From: a virus
DNA: 64,000 nucleotides
Direction: 5' to 3' (one strand)
Virus record (IMG/VR): IMGVR_UViG_3300045988_162215
The notes beneath the pieces were generated by a model. That model worked only from the letters and a program-made list of their open reading frames with translations, was not told where the DNA came from and did no database searches. Both the position numbers and the translations under genes were made by a program. Shown in pieces: positions 63,701 to 64,000 of the stretch; the first letter of the stretch is position 1, and every line of letters starts with the position of its first letter.

Positions 63701-64000
63701 TTCTTTTTTATTACATAAGTTTATTAAACACTCATTTGCCCAATATCTTTCAATCTTATTATCTGAATTAAACATAGATGTAAGAATTGGATGATTTTCT
63801 GCAATAACTCTTTCATCTTGCCCACTATGAAGTAAATCAAGTTTAGGATAATCTTTTACTTCAACTTTTGGGATTGTCTGTTTATGAAACAAGCTATAAT
63901 TTTCAATTTTATCCCAAATTTCCATTGAATTATGACAAGCATTATCATAAATTTCCTTATAATTATCAAAAGATTTACTTAAATGCTCCAAAATTTCTTC
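60758..64000 (-). CDS. dnaE: DNA polymerase III alpha subunit (DnaE-type), 5'-truncated by the window edge
   Basis: GAGRGSSCSGLNHYLLGITQLDPL...FWRYLNKERTELGDIDLDLC (cf. DnaE GPGRGSAAGSLVAYxLxITDxDPL...[20 protein letters not shown]) and HASGVILFDE...TQYDLHDAESAGMTKYDFLV; the frame is open to position 64000, so the true N-terminus (PHP domain) lies beyond the window. Confidence 0.8.
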   Translation of the reverse strand, partial: EEILEHLSKSFDNYKEIYDNACHNSMEIWDKIENYSLFHKQTIPKVEVKDYPKLDLLHSGQDERVIAENHPILTSMFNSDNKIERYWANECLINLCNKKEWTTYDLANEGMDYLDRLEYEADIKKTIGEKLETNMFAYPVTLQHYVDLFWECGSMVGAGRGSSCSGLNHYLLGITQLDPLKWKLPFWRYLNKERTELGDIDLDLCPSKRPRILNEIKKERGKKFLSDIPSIVKANCGCTLIATFGTETTKSAIQTACRGYRSEECPDGIDIDTSQYLSSLVPQERGFLWSLKDVVYGNTEKGRKPVSTFVNEVETYPGLMDIMFAIEGLIKQRGSHASGVILFDEDPFEFGCFMRTPSGDVITQYDLHDAESAGMTKYDFLVTSVQDKLVEAIKLLQQYGEIDKNKTLREIYNEMFQPENLPLDDKKCWDALQTGTVLDTFQFDSVVGSQAAKKIHPTSILEMADANGLMRLMTSEQGAETPMDKYIRFKNNINLWYEEMRRYGLTEDEMKALEPHFLKSYGVPPSQEQLMTMLMDKDICGFSLAEANAARKIVGKKQMSKIPALREKVLQQAKSKALGIYVWDCGIGPQMGYSFSVIHAIAYSFIGYQTLYIGTHWNPIFWDTACLRVNSGSLEEEHEEEIVDIYEPEDFETYDYIDLPGHQEKKKIKKSTNYGKIATAIGDITTKGIKVSLVDINKSDFTFMPDIENNQILFGLKGISNIGDDVIDKIKSGRPYSSLKDFMLRCKLTKTAMINLIKAGAFDEIEKNGLGNRKMIMGYYLYNECGLKKRITLQNFNGLIEAGLVPKELELEIRVFNFNKFLKNFKVGRYYTFNNEAISFFDKFYSDCSDKLQIINGVVCILQTDWDKIYKKQMDNARNWIKDNSESILKAYNQKIFKDAWDKYAFGTVSHWEMDALCFYHREHELANIDFNKYGIRDFNELESEPVDYFFKRGQRQIPIYKLSRIAGTVIDKNDSKSMITLLTTSGVVDVKFTREYYAMFKKQISDIGPDGKKHVKEKSWFKRGTMLMITGFRRDDQFVGKTYKNTIGHQLYKITEVKGNEIAITHERWSSNTSEEEDE

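Noticed and set aside
1-64000. Full-length tRNA or tmRNA genes
   Set aside because: Only a partial tRNA-like minihelix (3279..3330) was seen. No region shows a complete cloverleaf with D and anticodon arms.
1-64000. Temperate lifestyle or integration module
   Set aside because: No integrase, recombinase, CI-like repressor or excisionase is recognisable. The tRNA-like fragment alone is insufficient evidence of an attP.

Overview
The window is a 64 kb fragment of an AT-rich (about 30% GC) tailed-phage genome with three blocks and no integrase, tRNA gene or CRISPR array. Block 1 (1-8.6 kb, minus strand) is an early, host-takeover-like module. About 25 small genes (33-123 aa, several paralogous) are each preceded by a near-perfect sigma70 promoter (TTGACA-17-TATAAT) and often a duplicated promoter/5'UTR cassette. 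Interleaved on the plus strand are five extended-10 promoters (TGnTATAAT) that drive short non-coding transcripts. Two of these sit face-to-face with minus-strand promoters across a GC hairpin. A DnaA-box cluster, several palindromic motifs and a tRNA-like minihelix are also present. The last gene of this block encodes a Thg1-like 3'-5' nucleotidyltransferase (tRNA-His guanylyltransferase family), which is unusual in a phage. Block 2 (8.6-55.8 kb, plus strand) is the structural module. It runs: zinc-ribbon proteins, large terminase, Vsr/DUF559-like free-standing nuclease, portal, scaffold-like protein, major capsid, connector proteins, major tail protein, chaperone, a 2871-aa tape measure protein (TMP), a 2422-aa repeat-rich tail protein, baseplate-like proteins and a SHAEG-repeat fibre. 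It continues with four tandem paralogous receptor-binding protein (RBP)-like genes and an odd terminal cassette (Q/P-rich, Gly/Asn/Cys-rich membrane protein, HExxH mini-protease). No recognisable endolysin was found. Block 3 (55.8-64 kb, minus strand) is a replication and nucleotide-metabolism module: RuvC-like resolvase, dUTPase, anaerobic ribonucleotide reductase NrdD, guanylate kinase and a DnaE-type Pol III alpha, partial at the window edge. It shows TTG starts and translational coupling. Consensus sigma70 promoters also precede the late genes and ruvC. All calls rest on motif recognition in the translations and on sequence signals read by eye; no database search was possible.
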